A stretch of DNA of 63,663 bases, filler included, from Basidiobolus ranarum (lineage: Eukaryota), in the NCBI GenBank assembly GCA_040143965.1. It is 47 parts of 47 records of this genome, joined end to end, with 100 filler letters (N's around TTAATTAATTAA, not from the genome) between each part and the next. Parts side by side here need not be neighbours in the genome. Positions count along the whole stretch, not along the records: positions 25,858 to 27,114 come from JASJQH010012670.1; positions 27,215 to 28,471 come from JASJQH010012671.1; positions 28,572 to 29,827 come from JASJQH010012672.1; positions 29,928 to 31,183 come from JASJQH010012673.1; positions 31,284 to 32,539 come from JASJQH010012674.1; positions 32,640 to 33,895 come from JASJQH010012675.1; positions 33,996 to 35,251 come from JASJQH010012676.1; positions 35,352 to 36,606 come from JASJQH010012677.1; 39 more parts are not named here. The stretch is one strand, 5' to 3'. Shown here in pieces: positions 25,758-38,480 of the stretch. The translations under genes and the position numbers were made by a program. The notes under the pieces were generated by a model. It was not told the DNA's origin and made no database searches. It worked only from the letters and a program-made list of their open reading frames with translations. Numbering within the stretch: position 1 is the first letter of the stretch; the number at the start of each line of letters is the position of its first letter.

Positions 25758-25857
25758 NNNNNNNNNNNNNNNNNNNNNNNNNNNNNNNNNNNNNNNNNNN
25801 NTTAATTAATTAANNNNNNNNNNNNNNNNNNNNNNNNNNNNNNNNNNNNNNNNNNNN

Positions 25858-27114
25858 CAGGTAAATATCGTTCATATTTGGCTTACATACCGTTGATTCC
25901 CCGTCTTAAAGTTTTGATGAAATCACCCAAATATAGATCATTGATCCAATACCAAAGTACTCACCGTAAAGCTGATGGTATTACTGATATACTTGATGGA
26001 TATCACTACCAGAATCTGAAAAGTCAAGGTTTCTTTGAGAACACATATGATCATGTGTTTGCATTGGCTCTGGATGGTATCTCAGTAAACAAATATATCA
26101 TTGGAAAGGCTTGCTGGCCAATAACTTTAATCAACTTAAATATTCCTCCTTCTGAATGGTATAATGATCATAATATTTTGATACTATCTATCATATCTGG
26201 ACCTAAATCACCAGTTCTTATAGATAGCTTCTTGGAGCCTTAGATTAAGGAATTAGAATGGTTATCTAAAGGGGTTCAGATGGGTGAATATTTTATTAAA
26301 GCTAATATCATTGTATGTATTGGTGACACTTCTGCCATCAGTAAACTTGGAGGTTTTGCAGGCACAATGCATTATCTTGGTGTAGATTTTGTCAAATCAA
26401 TGGAGTTTACTCTAACAGGCATACACATTACTACTATCCAAATACAACACTAAACTTGATGATTTTACTGTCAAGAGCCCGGTCAGATTTCAACAAGGTC
26501 ACTGATATCAATTCACCAAATAGTCAGTCTAACATCAAACTTCGTATTAGCTGTAAGCCTAAGATTATATTGCTAAAAGGGATCAGCTGGAGCCAGAGCT
26601 TCCCATTTGGCACCATGCACTTAGTATTCAACAACATTCTGATACTACTTACTCAGCTATATGGTGGAAAATACAATATGAATGAGCCATCTGAGATAGG
26701 ATCAAAGTTTGATTTGATCAGGAAAATGCTTGAAAACATTAAGATACCATCATATTTTACCTGGACTCCAATCAATATCCACTCATCTAGGCATTTATTC
26801 AAATGCAAAGACTGGAAGTATTGGATTTGTATATATTCAAGTGGAATTTTAAAAAGATTTCTGCCTGATAAGTATTGGCATCATTGGAAGTTGTTTGTGG
26901 ATATTGTTAATATATTCTTACCGCATCAACTTACATTGGCAGATCTCAGGCAGATACAGCGGCTGTGCAAAGATTTTGTAATTGGATATGAAAAACTTTA
27001 TTATAGGTTTAAAGAAGATAGACTGAATCTATGCCAGTATTCAATACATTCCCTGCTGCATCTTTCACAATGCTTAGAGATTATAGGCCCTTGCTATACA
27101 TTCTGGGAGTTCCC
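25858..27114 (+). mobile_element. CACTA/EnSpm-type transposase (tnp2/Transposase_21-like), pseudogenised
   Basis: YIPLIPRL, DILDG, LALDG, CWPITLINLNIPP, GPKSP..DSFLEP, IGDTSA, MHLVFNNI, HSLLHL...GP..TFWEF. Contains a stop and a frameshift. Confidence 0.88.
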
Positions 27115-28571
27115 NNNNNNNNNNNNNNNNNNNNNNNNNNNNNNNNNNNNNNNNNNNNTTAATTAATTAANNNNNNNNNNNNNNNNNNNNNNNNNNNNNN
27201 NNNNNNNNNNNNNNTTCCCTATTCAGTATATTATGTTTCACCTTGCAATATCTATATAAGCCCCATGTATTCCTTGATCAGACCTTAGTCTGATCAATGC
27301 CAGTTATCAATAAAGATTCTTGCCACAGTATCTTCCTTGTCCAGTCTTGTCTTGTCTTGTGATCTACACCCAAGTACTCTCCTGCCTTCTAGCCTCTTGT
27401 TGTTGTTTCCAGTCCTTGTGCAGTTCCTTATTGTGACACAGATTCTCTTCAAACTTTGCACAGAGCTCTGGCAATACTAGATGCTGATGGGTTTGAAGGT
27501 TCAAAGTCACTACCGCAATATTAGTGATCATATTAGCATTTTGATGCTAAGCCACCCACTCTTAGAATTTATACTCACCCACCAATCCATAGCATTTAAT
27601 CCAAGCTATTTCTTTAAATAATGAACCCTTCCCCCTAGTGAAAAAGCTTCTAGCCTTAGCACCATCCAAAACTGCATCATATTCTGTATCCTTTCTTAAA
27701 CTAGATATTGCACCATATCCTATATCCTTTCTTATACTAAATACTCCACCCTGTATCATAGTAGGTTAATAAAGATTCCTATTGCAACTCAACCAAGCTT
27801 CACTATTGAAGATTGCAGTTCAGATTCTTTCATAGTTATCTTCACTTTTACAGCCATAAAATATACTTCACTCTTAATCAAAATCTTTGCCAATCTTAAA
27901 GAACTATCTCTTTTTCTTCCAACTTCAAGTTAGAGAAACCACCAGAGTTTTATTTACCCTTTTAGTATTAAAGATTCTCCACAGTTCTATCATCAGAAAT
28001 AATGTTTTCTCAGAAAGTCTTTGAACTATTGATATCTTATAATGTATCTTTACCCTCTAAAGATAGAGTGATGAATATATCTCCTATCAATATTTCTAAG
28101 CTTCCAGTATAAAAATTCAGCTTTGCTGGATATTTATAGTGAAATTAATCTTTATTACTAGATACTTGGGTTAACACCCCTATCACACACTATAGCATCA
28201 TCTTTAAGTTGAAGAATTATCCTCTTAGAAAAATCTTGTTGGCAGCAGAACATGTTTGGTAGATGTCTTGCAAAGCTTTCCATACCTTCTTGGCAGTATT
28301 AGCTCTTGAACATTGAATTAGCAATTTGTCTATAATATTATGACAAATTATATTAAAGGCACTTTGTTCTTTTTTAACCTAGAGTAAGAAGTTTGTTCCA
28401 GAGAGTTTTGCATTATTTTCTTCTTCTACAACAGTGTTCAAAAGTCCTTTTCCTTGCAGCATCAATTTCATNNNNNNNNNNNNNNNNNNNNNNNNNNNNN
28501 NNNNNNNNNNNNNNNTTAATTAATTAANNNNNNNNNNNNNNNNNNNNNNNNNNNNNNNNNNNNNNNNNNNN

Positions 28572-29827
28572 GAATCCTTAAATACCATGGGGGGTATTAT
28601 AGCTGATCTAATATTTAATGGAACCGATTGGGGGGGGGGGAATAGGAAGAAGGGCCCCCCCGAGGGGCCCCCTCCGGAAAGGCCAGGGGGCCTCCCCCCC
28701 CTTTGGGGGGGGGGCTTTGGGCTATTAGTTATAAACCCTACTCTATGGGGGGTTTACCAATGGGGGGGGCATTCTTTTAATCCCCCTGGGGGGTCCTTCG
28801 GTATATTAAAGGACTAAGAATCAAAAAGACGAAACTAATCAAAGGGAGGGGAAGGTCGGGGGGGGGGCCAGTCCAAAGAGGGGTAATGAGGGGGCGGGGA
28901 TTTGGTTGAACCTGACTACGGAGAGGGGACCAGGTTCGATTAGGGTCGACTATCCATAAATAAAGAGATAACATGCTAATCCGCCACTTAAGCCTAAGCA
29001 TAGGAAAATAGTGCAAATATAGATATATCCTAGTCCTACAGAACTATATCGGATAATATTCATTATTAATAAGGGGGGGCTAAATTGATTGTTGCCATAT
29101 TTCGAGGGGCTCCCCAATCAATAGTTTTTCTGGATAAAAAGCTATATACAATGATCCAAGAAAAGCACCATATAATTACACCTATATATAATAAGAATGA
29201 TAAACCTAAAAGTTGTTCTCTAGTTAAATTCTCAATATAATCATTTACTGGTGTTATGTACTCTAATAATGTTTCCTTCCATAGAGGGGGCACCCATTTC
29301 TCAACCGAAGGATCAGGGCTTATAACTAGATTTTCTCCTCCCCCCAAAGGGCCTCCATCTGAATTAGCGGGGGGGGGCCCCCCCTGCCCGAAGTGATTTA
29401 TGATTGGTTCCCCTGTATTTGAATCGCTTGTCAGGGGGCCCCCACCTAATTTCAGGGGGGGAGGTGTTGATCCCGAAAGACCAACCCCCCCTACCGACTC
29501 TGCCGAAGGGCCCCCCAAGTAATCCACTTGGATGGGTGTTCCCACGAGCTCGGGTTGATCATATCGCACCGTCGAAGGATCAGGGGGTGTCCCCCCCATT
29601 GTATTTGCCGAAGGATCAGGCCCCCCGTAGTTCGGAGAGGGATATTTTAATTCTAGTTCCTTAAGCTTGAAATCTAATTCTTCCCCCCCCTGCTTGATTA
29701 CTAATTCTTGGCCCCCCCATTTTATCCTTTCATTGGCGGAGGCAGATTCTATTTTTAATAATGGTCCTTCGGCAGTTTGATTAGCTATTTTAGCGGTCCC
29801 ATTTCTAATTTATTTATTGGCCCCCCG
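28572..29827. other. Mitochondrial-like DNA with dense G/C homopolymer clusters and a frameshifted hydrophobic ORF (about 28950..29600, minus)
   Basis: AT-rich text punctuated by G7-G10/C7-C8 runs and a recurring GCCGAAGG/CCTTCGGC motif. CpG is retained. The ORF has predicted membrane segments. Confidence 0.55.
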
Positions 29828-30054
29828 NNNNNNNNNNNNNNNNNNNNNNNNNNNNNNNNNNNNNNNNNNNNTTAATTAATTAANNNNNNNNNNNNNNNNN
29901 NNNNNNNNNNNNNNNNNNNNNNNNNNNAACTATTGATTTTAATAAAAGTTAAAATAGCTATGATAACAAATTAAGATGAAGCAGAAATAACTTTGTTTTG
30001 AACAAAAATGAACCCGAACCAATAGGGCAAAAGAGACGAAACCAGTAGGACAAA

Positions 30055-31183
30055 AGAGGCATTATTATGTCCATTAGTCACTAGTCTTTGGCACTTTGTA
30101 GACTTTTTTGAATGCTTCCCATACCCACCATTTCATGACACCATACCATTTGTCGTTTGTCAGTAGTCTTTAGCACTGCGTAGACTTTGCTTTTAGCGTG
30201 TCACATACCGTATGTTTCTTGACACCATATTCTTCGTCATCTATCAGTAGTCTTTAGTACTGCGTATATATTTCTTGAAATGTTTACTATATCCGTCGTT
30301 TCTTGGCACCATACCTTTCGACATTTGAAGTAGTCTTTAGCACTTTGTAGACTCTCCTTTGTGTCTTTTACATACCCGTCGTTTGTTATTACTGTACCAT
30401 TCTTCATTGGTCGTTAAACTTTATTACTGCGTGGAATTTGCTTTAAACGTTTCTTATACCGTTCTTTCCTCGGCACCATACCATTTGTTGTTTGTCAGCA
30501 GTTTTTAATACTGCGTAGACTCTGCTTCAAGTGATTCCATGCCCTTCGTTTTTTGACACCATACATTTCGTTGTTTATCAGCAGTCTTTAGCACTGACCA
30601 GACTCTCCTCTTAGTGTGTTCCATAACGCTTGTTTCTTGGAACCATGCCTTTCGTCATTTGCCAGTAGTCTTTAGCACTTCGTAGGCTTTCCTATAAGTG
30701 TTTCCCATACCCGTCGTTTGCTAGCACTGTACTCTTTATCATTTGCCACTAGTCTGTAGCTTTTCATAAACTCTCCTTTAAGTGTTTTCAGCACAGATTG
30801 TTTCTTGGCACCATACCTTTGCCGTTTGTCAGTACTCTTTCGCACTGCGTAGACTCTGCTTTAAGTGCTTCCCATACCCATTGTTACTTGGCATCATTCC
30901 CATCGTCATATATAGGTAGTCTTTAGCACTACCAAGACTCTCCTTTTAGTGTGTCCCATACTCACTGTTAACTGGCTCCATACATTTCTTTGTTTATCAG
31001 CAGTCTTTAGCACTGAGCAGACTCTCCTCTTAGTGTTTCCCATACCGCCTGTTTCTTGGCACCATACCCTTTGTCATGTGTCAGTAATCTTTAGCACTTC
31101 GTAGGCTCTCCTACAAGTGTTTCCCGTACTCGTTGTTTCTTAGCGCCACACCCTTTGTTGTTTGTAACTAATCTTTAGTATTT
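30055..31183. repeat. Tandem array of about 13 diverged 83-84 bp units
   Basis: The anchor G(G/A)CACCATAC recurs at 30137, 30221, 30305, 30472, 30555, 30639, 30807, 30890, 30974, 31058 and 31142. Confidence 0.92.
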
Positions 31184-32058
31184 NNNNNNNNNNNNNNNNN
31201 NNNNNNNNNNNNNNNNNNNNNNNNNNNTTAATTAATTAANNNNNNNNNNNNNNNNNNNNNNNNNNNNNNNNNNNNNNNNNNNNTTTCAAAGGATGAATTG
31301 GCTTCCGGTTTGTGAGAACCAGAAAACGTGAAGGTTATTACTTATAGTTAACTGGAAATTGTGAAGTCACCAATCAAAGCAAATATTGATAGCATACCTT
31401 GATCAAACCGTTCACAAATCAATTCCGCCCAAATACGATTATCTCCATGGAATGCGCAACTCTACAATTGACTTATTTATGTTATTGAATATATTAAAAA
31501 TTAAAAGATATAGGCCACCACGTTGGTGTACAGGACGTTTCAATCTAGTATTTCTCGATTGTAGTACAAGTAAATGTGGATTTGAACCTGTTCTTGTGCA
31601 AGGTGGTAAGCAAATGAGAGAGTCACCCTTTGGCATGACATAAAGGTACGGCAGTCCAAGAAGTGTATACTAAACACCTGGCATCCTCAAATGAAAAACA
31701 ATCCGAAACATGTTATAATTTGCACTCGACAACCATATCTGCTAAATCGACAGTATCTCATCCTAAGCTATCGGTTTAGATAAGCTATACCCTAAAATGA
31801 ATACGATATTAGATTCGTTTCAACAAGTCCATAACCTATGCCCTCATTCACACAATACTACTACACTGTCAATGGATCATCGATATGGTACTTTGTGTAT
31901 AATACTTCTCTTCAAAAGGATTGTGAAAAAATACGACATAAATATATGAGAGAATTAGGAGAAATGAGTAGATTTATTTCTAAGTTAACAAAATCGATTA
32001 TCGCATTAATATTCTTGACTCACAAGATAGGTAAAGTAGAGTAAATAGGTGAGTCTAA

Positions 32059-32539
32059 TTATTCGTCAAGCCCAAGTCCAAGGACTTCAGCAAAGTTGAA
32101 GAACACCTCGGTGTTGTCCATGACACGTCCGAAGAGGTGGGCGCCTGGTCCAGTGGCAAATACTGGAACATCTTGAAGTGAGTGAACACCGGTAGCCTCA
32201 GTTGATGGCAGATTACCACTACGGTGGAGGGCACTCTTGGCTTCATCAGGGTTGGCGATGTAGTGATCATAGGTGGGTCCATGAGAGTGAGTACCCTTAT
32301 CCAAGATAGCTGGGTTCTTGACACTGGTGGTGTTGAGTTGGAAGGTTTCATGGTAGCTGGGGAAGTTGACTGTGCCAGCAGCTAAGGTGACTCTGGGTGT
32401 CCAGTTATCAGGGAAACCATCACCATCTTCATCCTTGTATCCAGGCCAGCCAGCAGTCTCATAGATACCAATGGCCCCACGTTTCTCAATCTGAGTACCA
32501 GTCTCATCATTATCAGGAGCAGCATTGAAGAACTCCGTG
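32059..32539 (-). CDS. Alkaline phosphatase family protein, C-terminal part
   Basis: Open frame from the contig end: ...KRGAIGIYETAGWPGYKDEDGDGFPDNW...TGVHSLQDVPVFATGPGAHLFGRVMDNTEVF (typical alkaline phosphatase C-terminal H..DV.V.A.GPG..F...DNT motif). Confidence 0.85.
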
Positions 32540-32639
32540 NNNNNNNNNNNNNNNNNNNNNNNNNNNNNNNNNNNNNNNNNNNNTTAATTAATTAANNNNN
32601 NNNNNNNNNNNNNNNNNNNNNNNNNNNNNNNNNNNNNNN

Positions 32640-33895
32640 TGAGATCCGTGATTAGGTTCCATGAATCCATAAGCAGTTTCTCCGAGAACAGCCAAATCTG
32701 TACCAAGAGCCTCCTCATCATCACGAAGACGTAAACGAAGTCCGCACTTCACCATCACCCACAAGATCAAATAAGTCATACCAAATGACCAAATGGTAGC
32801 TGAAGCAATACCGGCCATTTGAATAGGTACTTGAATCCAATGTCTATCGAACCAACCTCCAAGTGGGACATCGGCACCAGCGGGGTAGCCCAAAGCCATC
32901 ACTGATTGTTGAGCGAAGATACCAGTCATGAAGGTGCCAACGATACCACTCACGTAATGTACAGCAAACACATCGAGACAATCATCGAATGGGAACAATT
33001 GGTTTTTGTAGACAACACAGTAGTAGCAGATCACGGCACCGAAGAAACCGAAAGCCAAAGATGAGGATGGGGTAACAAAACCAGAGGCTGGTGTAATGGT
33101 GGCTAGACCAGCGACAGCTCCAGTACAGATACCGACCAAGGACCACTTCTTGGTACGAAGGAAGTCAATATACACCCAGACAGCACCACCAACAGCACCA
33201 GCAATGTGAGTAACGATGACAGCATTGGCAGCTCTAGGATCAGCAGCGGATTCACTACCACCGTTGAAGCCGAACCATCCGAACCACAGCATAGCGGTAC
33301 CCAAGAATACGAAGGAAACGTTATTTGGGGTAAAGTGACCGTGCTTAGTGTAATCTTTTCTGTCACCAATGAGTAAAGCGTATGCTCCAGCAGCAGCACC
33401 TGAACCAAGATGGACGGCAATACCACCGGCAAAGTCATGAATACCAAGCTTGTACAACCAGCCCTTAGGGTTCCATACCCACATGGCAATGACATTATAG
33501 ACCAAAGTAGACCATACGAATAAGAAAATGATTACTGGTCCGATCTTCATACGTTCAGCAGTTGAACCGAAGGCTAGGGCTGGAGTAATAATGGCGAACA
33601 TACACTGGTAGATGAAATAAACCCCACCAGGGATAGTAGGAGCATTAGGATGTGGCTCCGCTCCAACATGACGGGCAACGATATGATGTAAGTTACCAAT
33701 GAAGTTATTATTTGTGGTGACACTGTAGGTCAAAGAATAACCCCAGAAGTACCATTGAACGGTGACTACACATGTGGAGATCATCATGAGGAACATGAGG
33801 GAGAGAGTGTGATTAGATCTAGCAAGACCACCGTAGAAGAATCCAAGACCGAGGCACATGAGGAAAACTAGAGCAGTAGCTACTATCATCCAGGC
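32640..33895 (-). CDS. Ammonium transporter (Amt/MEP family), nearly complete, truncated at both contig ends
   Basis: GLGFFYGGL, YQCMFAIITPAL..GS.AER, HDFAGG.AVH, LWFGWFGFNGGS, GAVAGLATITP, DD.LDVFAVH. Confidence 0.97.
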
Positions 33896-35025
33896 NNNNN
33901 NNNNNNNNNNNNNNNNNNNNNNNNNNNNNNNNNNNNNNNTTAATTAATTAANNNNNNNNNNNNNNNNNNNNNNNNNNNNNNNNNNNNNNNNNNNNTGCTA
34001 CTTTTTTTTTCACCTGATGTAGAATGCCATGTTTACTGAAGTTCAATCCGTGGCCATGGCAGTGGCATGAGGGCATTTTATACTAAATTTGTTGATGTCT
34101 TTGTTGTCTGGTTTTCCATTTACCCGCTGGTCTATACACCAAAGCAAATAGTCCATCCTAGAATTAGAAGCGTGGGTGCTTTATCATCCGATCATTAGCT
34201 GTGGATCCGGAAATGAATGGCCCGAGATGCGGCTTGCTTAATGATTTTCCTGATACGAAGTTTACACTGTGCTTTAGTCAATGTTTATATATAAACATCG
34301 TGATTTTGCTATGCAAATTTATAAATTTACCAGGTGTCGTATGGCGAGTATAATATTATTCTAATTGGATACAAGTTTATGTGAGACGAGCACGGCATGT
34401 TTCTATGAGCGTTGAATGTACACCTATACATCTAATACCTCAGGAAGTCTCCTATAGCTTATTTCTGGCCATCGCTGCCATGTTACTAACAGTATGTGTT
34501 CAATTATTGGTTCAATGAGTATGAGAAAAGTGTTGCTACTATTGGTCGAATTTTGCAATATTAGCTGATATGTTACGCTATGTAGGCACAAGGTTTTGAT
34601 ATGAATGCTCCTTGTACCAGTTCATAAAATCTTAAGGGCTTAAATTATTCAAGATGGACTCAACTTGATATTGTGGTATCTCCGTGGTTGTTTGCAATCA
34701 ATTGATGCTCAATATCTTGGCCACTGTTTTGTCTGAGCATATCTTGATACTTTTATCGAACGACGATACTTTAAAAGCACCAATGAAACTCAATAGTCAA
34801 ATGTGGTTGTGGTTGCTCATTACAGGCAAACAAGCGGCTGTCAACAAAGCTCTCTACCCCGAATTTACATTTGCTGTGTTGAATATTGCAATTGCGACAA
34901 ACTATCCTGCAAGACTGACCATGTGGAGCTTAGAGATCAACTAAACCAGAGAAAAATACAAAGTGGATGTAAGTCTAAATTTATTGAACAATTAATACGG
35001 ATTCGGATACAACACATAGAGTAAT

Positions 35026-35250
35026 CTAGTAGTCAATGTTCTCAAAAGGATTCATGGTAAACGGAGCCTTATAGCCATTTGTTGGCTTCATGGGGAGCGC
35101 CACACTACTGCGAAGTCCGTTCTTAATCATATTTTCGGTCGCAGGGATGATTGTGTTATATTCGGATCCAGGGCCATATGGGATCATACATACACGCTCT
35201 CCAACACAGTTGGACTCGCTATAAAAGCAGTAGATAGCCTCAGTAGGCCA
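35026..35250 (-). CDS. C-terminal 74 aa of an unknown protein (not in the ORF track)
   Basis: Stop-free frame from the contig end, WPTEAIYCFYSESNCVGERVCMIPYG...FENIDY*, with host-like composition. Confidence 0.45.
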   Translation of the reverse strand, partial: WPTEAIYCFYSESNCVGERVCMIPYGPGSEYNTIIPATENMIKNGLRSSVALPMKPTNGYKAPFTMNPFENIDY

Positions 35251-35560
35251 GNNNNNNNNNNNNNNNNNNNNNNNNNNNNNNNNNNNNNNNNNNNNTTAAT
35301 TAATTAANNNNNNNNNNNNNNNNNNNNNNNNNNNNNNNNNNNNNNNNNNNNCTCAACAACATCAATATGCTTTACCAGCAAACTAATGGTGGAAAAATTG
35401 CTAAACATCTGAAATTTTGAATTGCACTGACACTTGGCAAATAGCTGACTCTTGTTACCATTTATAATGAGAATAAGCTCTTGGATTTTGGCAAATTTCC
35501 ATAAAGAATTCTGCAAAAATATCCCCAACTTGCAGTTTACAAATATCCTGCCACAAGTAA

Positions 35561-36606
35561 TCAGAACAGTATTCAAACTTGGTCACAGCATAGGAAGCAA
35601 GATCTGACAAGTTATCTTTGGAGTTTGTGATGGTAAGACTAAGGGATCAACGCCTCAGAAATAAGAATTTGCAAAAAGAATCTGAAGAAGTGACTCTTTT
35701 TGGAGCTCAAAAATGTAACTTTGGCAAGTACAAAGGTTACAAAAGAAGGAAACCAGGTTTATGCTATGGTTGTAACAATCCAGGCCACCATTTATAAGAT
35801 TGCAAATCAAGAAATTACAACAAAAGTGAGAAGTCAGAACAAGCAAATCAGGTTTCAGCCAAAGGGGAAGTTTTATTCATTTCCACCCTATCAGTGACCT
35901 CTGAACAAGACTGTAAGTTGTGGTATATTGATTCTGGAGCCTCTCAACATTTCTCTAATCAAAAAACTTGGTTTAAGACACTCAAAACTGACATGAACCA
36001 GAAGGTTTATATGGGAGATGACTTGTCACTAGAAGCTCTAGGAGTGGGAGAAATTGAAGTGGATTGTGAGGGCATCTCTGGGGCATATATTTGACACTGA
36101 AAAACATGCTATATGTGCCTGGGATAGCAAAAAATTTGTTATCAATGAGTAAAGCTACATCTGAGGGATATAGCTTTAATTTTGGTCAAAATGGCTGTAC
36201 AATCAGGGATCAAAAAGGGAATTACATAGCTTCTAGAGCTATACAAAATATCTTCTATAAGCTTCATTAAATTAGGCCAATATATGAACCAGTTAATACT
36301 GCCACAGCTGAAGGGATAGACTGGAAAATCTTACATAGGAGATTGGGTCATCAAGGAGCTGAAAATATGAGAAATTTAATCAAAAACCAGATGGTTTTGG
36401 GACTAAATTTTGTACTTCCACCAGATCTGGAGCTATGTTAAGGTTGCCCATATGGTAGGCAACTCAGACAGCTGTTTTTAGGCTCTAGAGTGAGCAAAAT
36501 TGATCAAATTGGGCCTGATGCACTCAGATCTGTGTGGCCCAATGCAGAAAAATCCTTAGGTGGAAAAAGATATTTAATGACCTTTATTGATGATAAGACA
36601 AAGTAT
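35561..36606 (+). mobile_element. Copia gag end, protease and pre-integrase, degenerate
   Basis: WYIDSGASQHF, KNLLS, HSDLCGP. Confidence 0.9.
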
Positions 36607-36706
36607 NNNNNNNNNNNNNNNNNNNNNNNNNNNNNNNNNNNNNNNNNNNNTTAATTAATTAANNNNNNNNNNNNNNNNNNNNNNNNNNNNNNNNNNNNNN
36701 NNNNNN

Positions 36707-37679
36707 TCTGTCTCTTGCCTCTTAGGTCTTTGTGAAAGGGAATCAAGCCTCTAGAAATGTCTAAGGACTGATAAACCACAATGCAATGTCCAGCTTTCTG
36801 TTGAATAATATGCTGGCACCTGACAAAAGAATATACTGGCTTCAGCATCCTTTGAGAATGATCAGATAAAAAGGGTATATCCAATCAAAAACAACTGTAA
36901 ACTCAGCCAGCAGGGTCTTGAATGAGGATGCACTAGTAGTGATTTATCCAAGGATATGAAAAGTTCCTTGCCTATGCAGACAAAGCTAGGGAAAAAATAT
37001 AAAGTATCAGAAATATAACACCTACCTGTCAGTACTTCCTTTGAGCCAGTCAAATCCTTTCCAGTCACACAGTAGCCTGTAACTGCCTCCAGTAGTCTGC
37101 CTTGAGCTTCCTCTTCAAAGGTCTTGTAAGTAGTGATGAGAATAAGGGGCAATCACAAGTAGTAATTGTCAATTGAAAACCAGGATGATTTTTATTTGAA
37201 ATGATAGGGCTCCTATTTATACTTTTCTAGTAGTGGATATGATCACTAATGAGAATTTCCTGAAAGTTCCAGAGAATTCTATTGGTGGGGATCTGGGGTT
37301 ATGATATCATTGTATATCATAAGATTAGTAATCAGTGGAATGCTCTGGAAGATTGTAGAATAATCCAGAAAGTCATGGAATGTTCTGGCAAAATCAAGTT
37401 TTGATAGGTCAAAACTCAATCAATCATCAAATATTCCAAGAATCTTGTGGAATGTTCCGGAAGATTGTACAATTTTCCAGAAAATAATAGGGCCAATGTG
37501 GGTTAATACTGATAAATCTAAAATAGTAGGGGATGATACTAATAGTGTGTTATAATTGGCTAGAAAACATGTGTAAGTCAAATAAGGATAATAAAATAGA
37601 AATTGTGCAATAGTAATGACATGAGCTTGGGGTGGAAATAAGTCAATCTGCTAGTGGGTAGCAATGCTGCCCCACTACA
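36707..37679 (-). repeat. Long gypsy LTR (about 1.1 kb when combined with 58018..58261), TGTAGT...ACTACA
   Basis: Near-identical overlap with 58137..58261. It starts TGTAGTGGGG on the minus strand, and its 3' end abuts the PBS at 24553. Confidence 0.7.
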
Positions 37680-38165
37680 GCATGCAGCTCTACACGTCAA
37701 CCCAGAATGTCTCACTTGAGGTTTGTGCTTGACAGTTATTGCTTCTTCCACCATGGTAGAAGCTTCATCTCTTTTGACTGACCATGGCCGCAGTCACATG
37801 GCAGTATGTGTTGGAGAAAGTCATCTACCTTGTGGTTTGTGTTTGGTGGTTATTGCTTCTTCAACCACAGTGGAAGCTTCATCTCTTTTGACTGGCCATT
37901 GCTGTGGTTGCATTCCAGTACATATTGGAGCAAGTCATATACCTTGAGATTTGCATTTGGCNNNNNNNNNNNNNNNNNNNNNNNNNNNNNNNNNNNNNNN
38001 NNNNNTTAATTAATTAANNNNNNNNNNNNNNNNNNNNNNNNNNNNNNNNNNNNNNNNNNNNTTTCCTCATTGCTATGTAGTCAAAGATTGATTTTGCCAT
38101 TTAATGCCAAAGTTGGAGTGTGGACACTGTTGATAGTTAAAAAAGACAAGGACTGCCAGGATATC

Positions 38166-38480
38166 TGTTGGAAAATTAATTGTTATTCCAGATCTTAGTT
38201 AACTTTAGCTATGATACATATATCAGAAACAGAGGGCAACATATCTATAGCCTCTATATTCAAAATAGGAATATCTCCGTATCTATATAACAAGTATGTC
38301 TTGTTACCCCCACTAATCTATTATATCTTATTACATAAACTCCTGAATATCTCAAACAATTGATTTTCTTCTCTACTATGTAAGTCACTAAATTCTCTTA
38401 AGAATAAAGTAACTAAAGCACTATCATAAGTTGCCTCTAATCTTCAAAGTCTACCCCCATTATATCAAGATCCTCCAACA
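38166..38480 (+). repeat. Solo LTR of family A (315 bp) with 5-bp target-site duplication ATATC
   Basis: ATATC|TGTTGGA...TCCAACA|ATATC. Other copies at 6823..6931, 40421..40670 (minus) and about 50614..50925 (minus). Confidence 0.92.

Noticed and set aside
30055-31183. CRISPR-like array
   Set aside because: Whole 84-bp units are homologous end to end, with no unique spacers, no cas genes and a eukaryotic context.
32059-33895. Phosphate/ammonium acquisition gene cluster (phosphatase next to Amt)
   Set aside because: The genes are on different contigs that are adjacent only because of length sorting.
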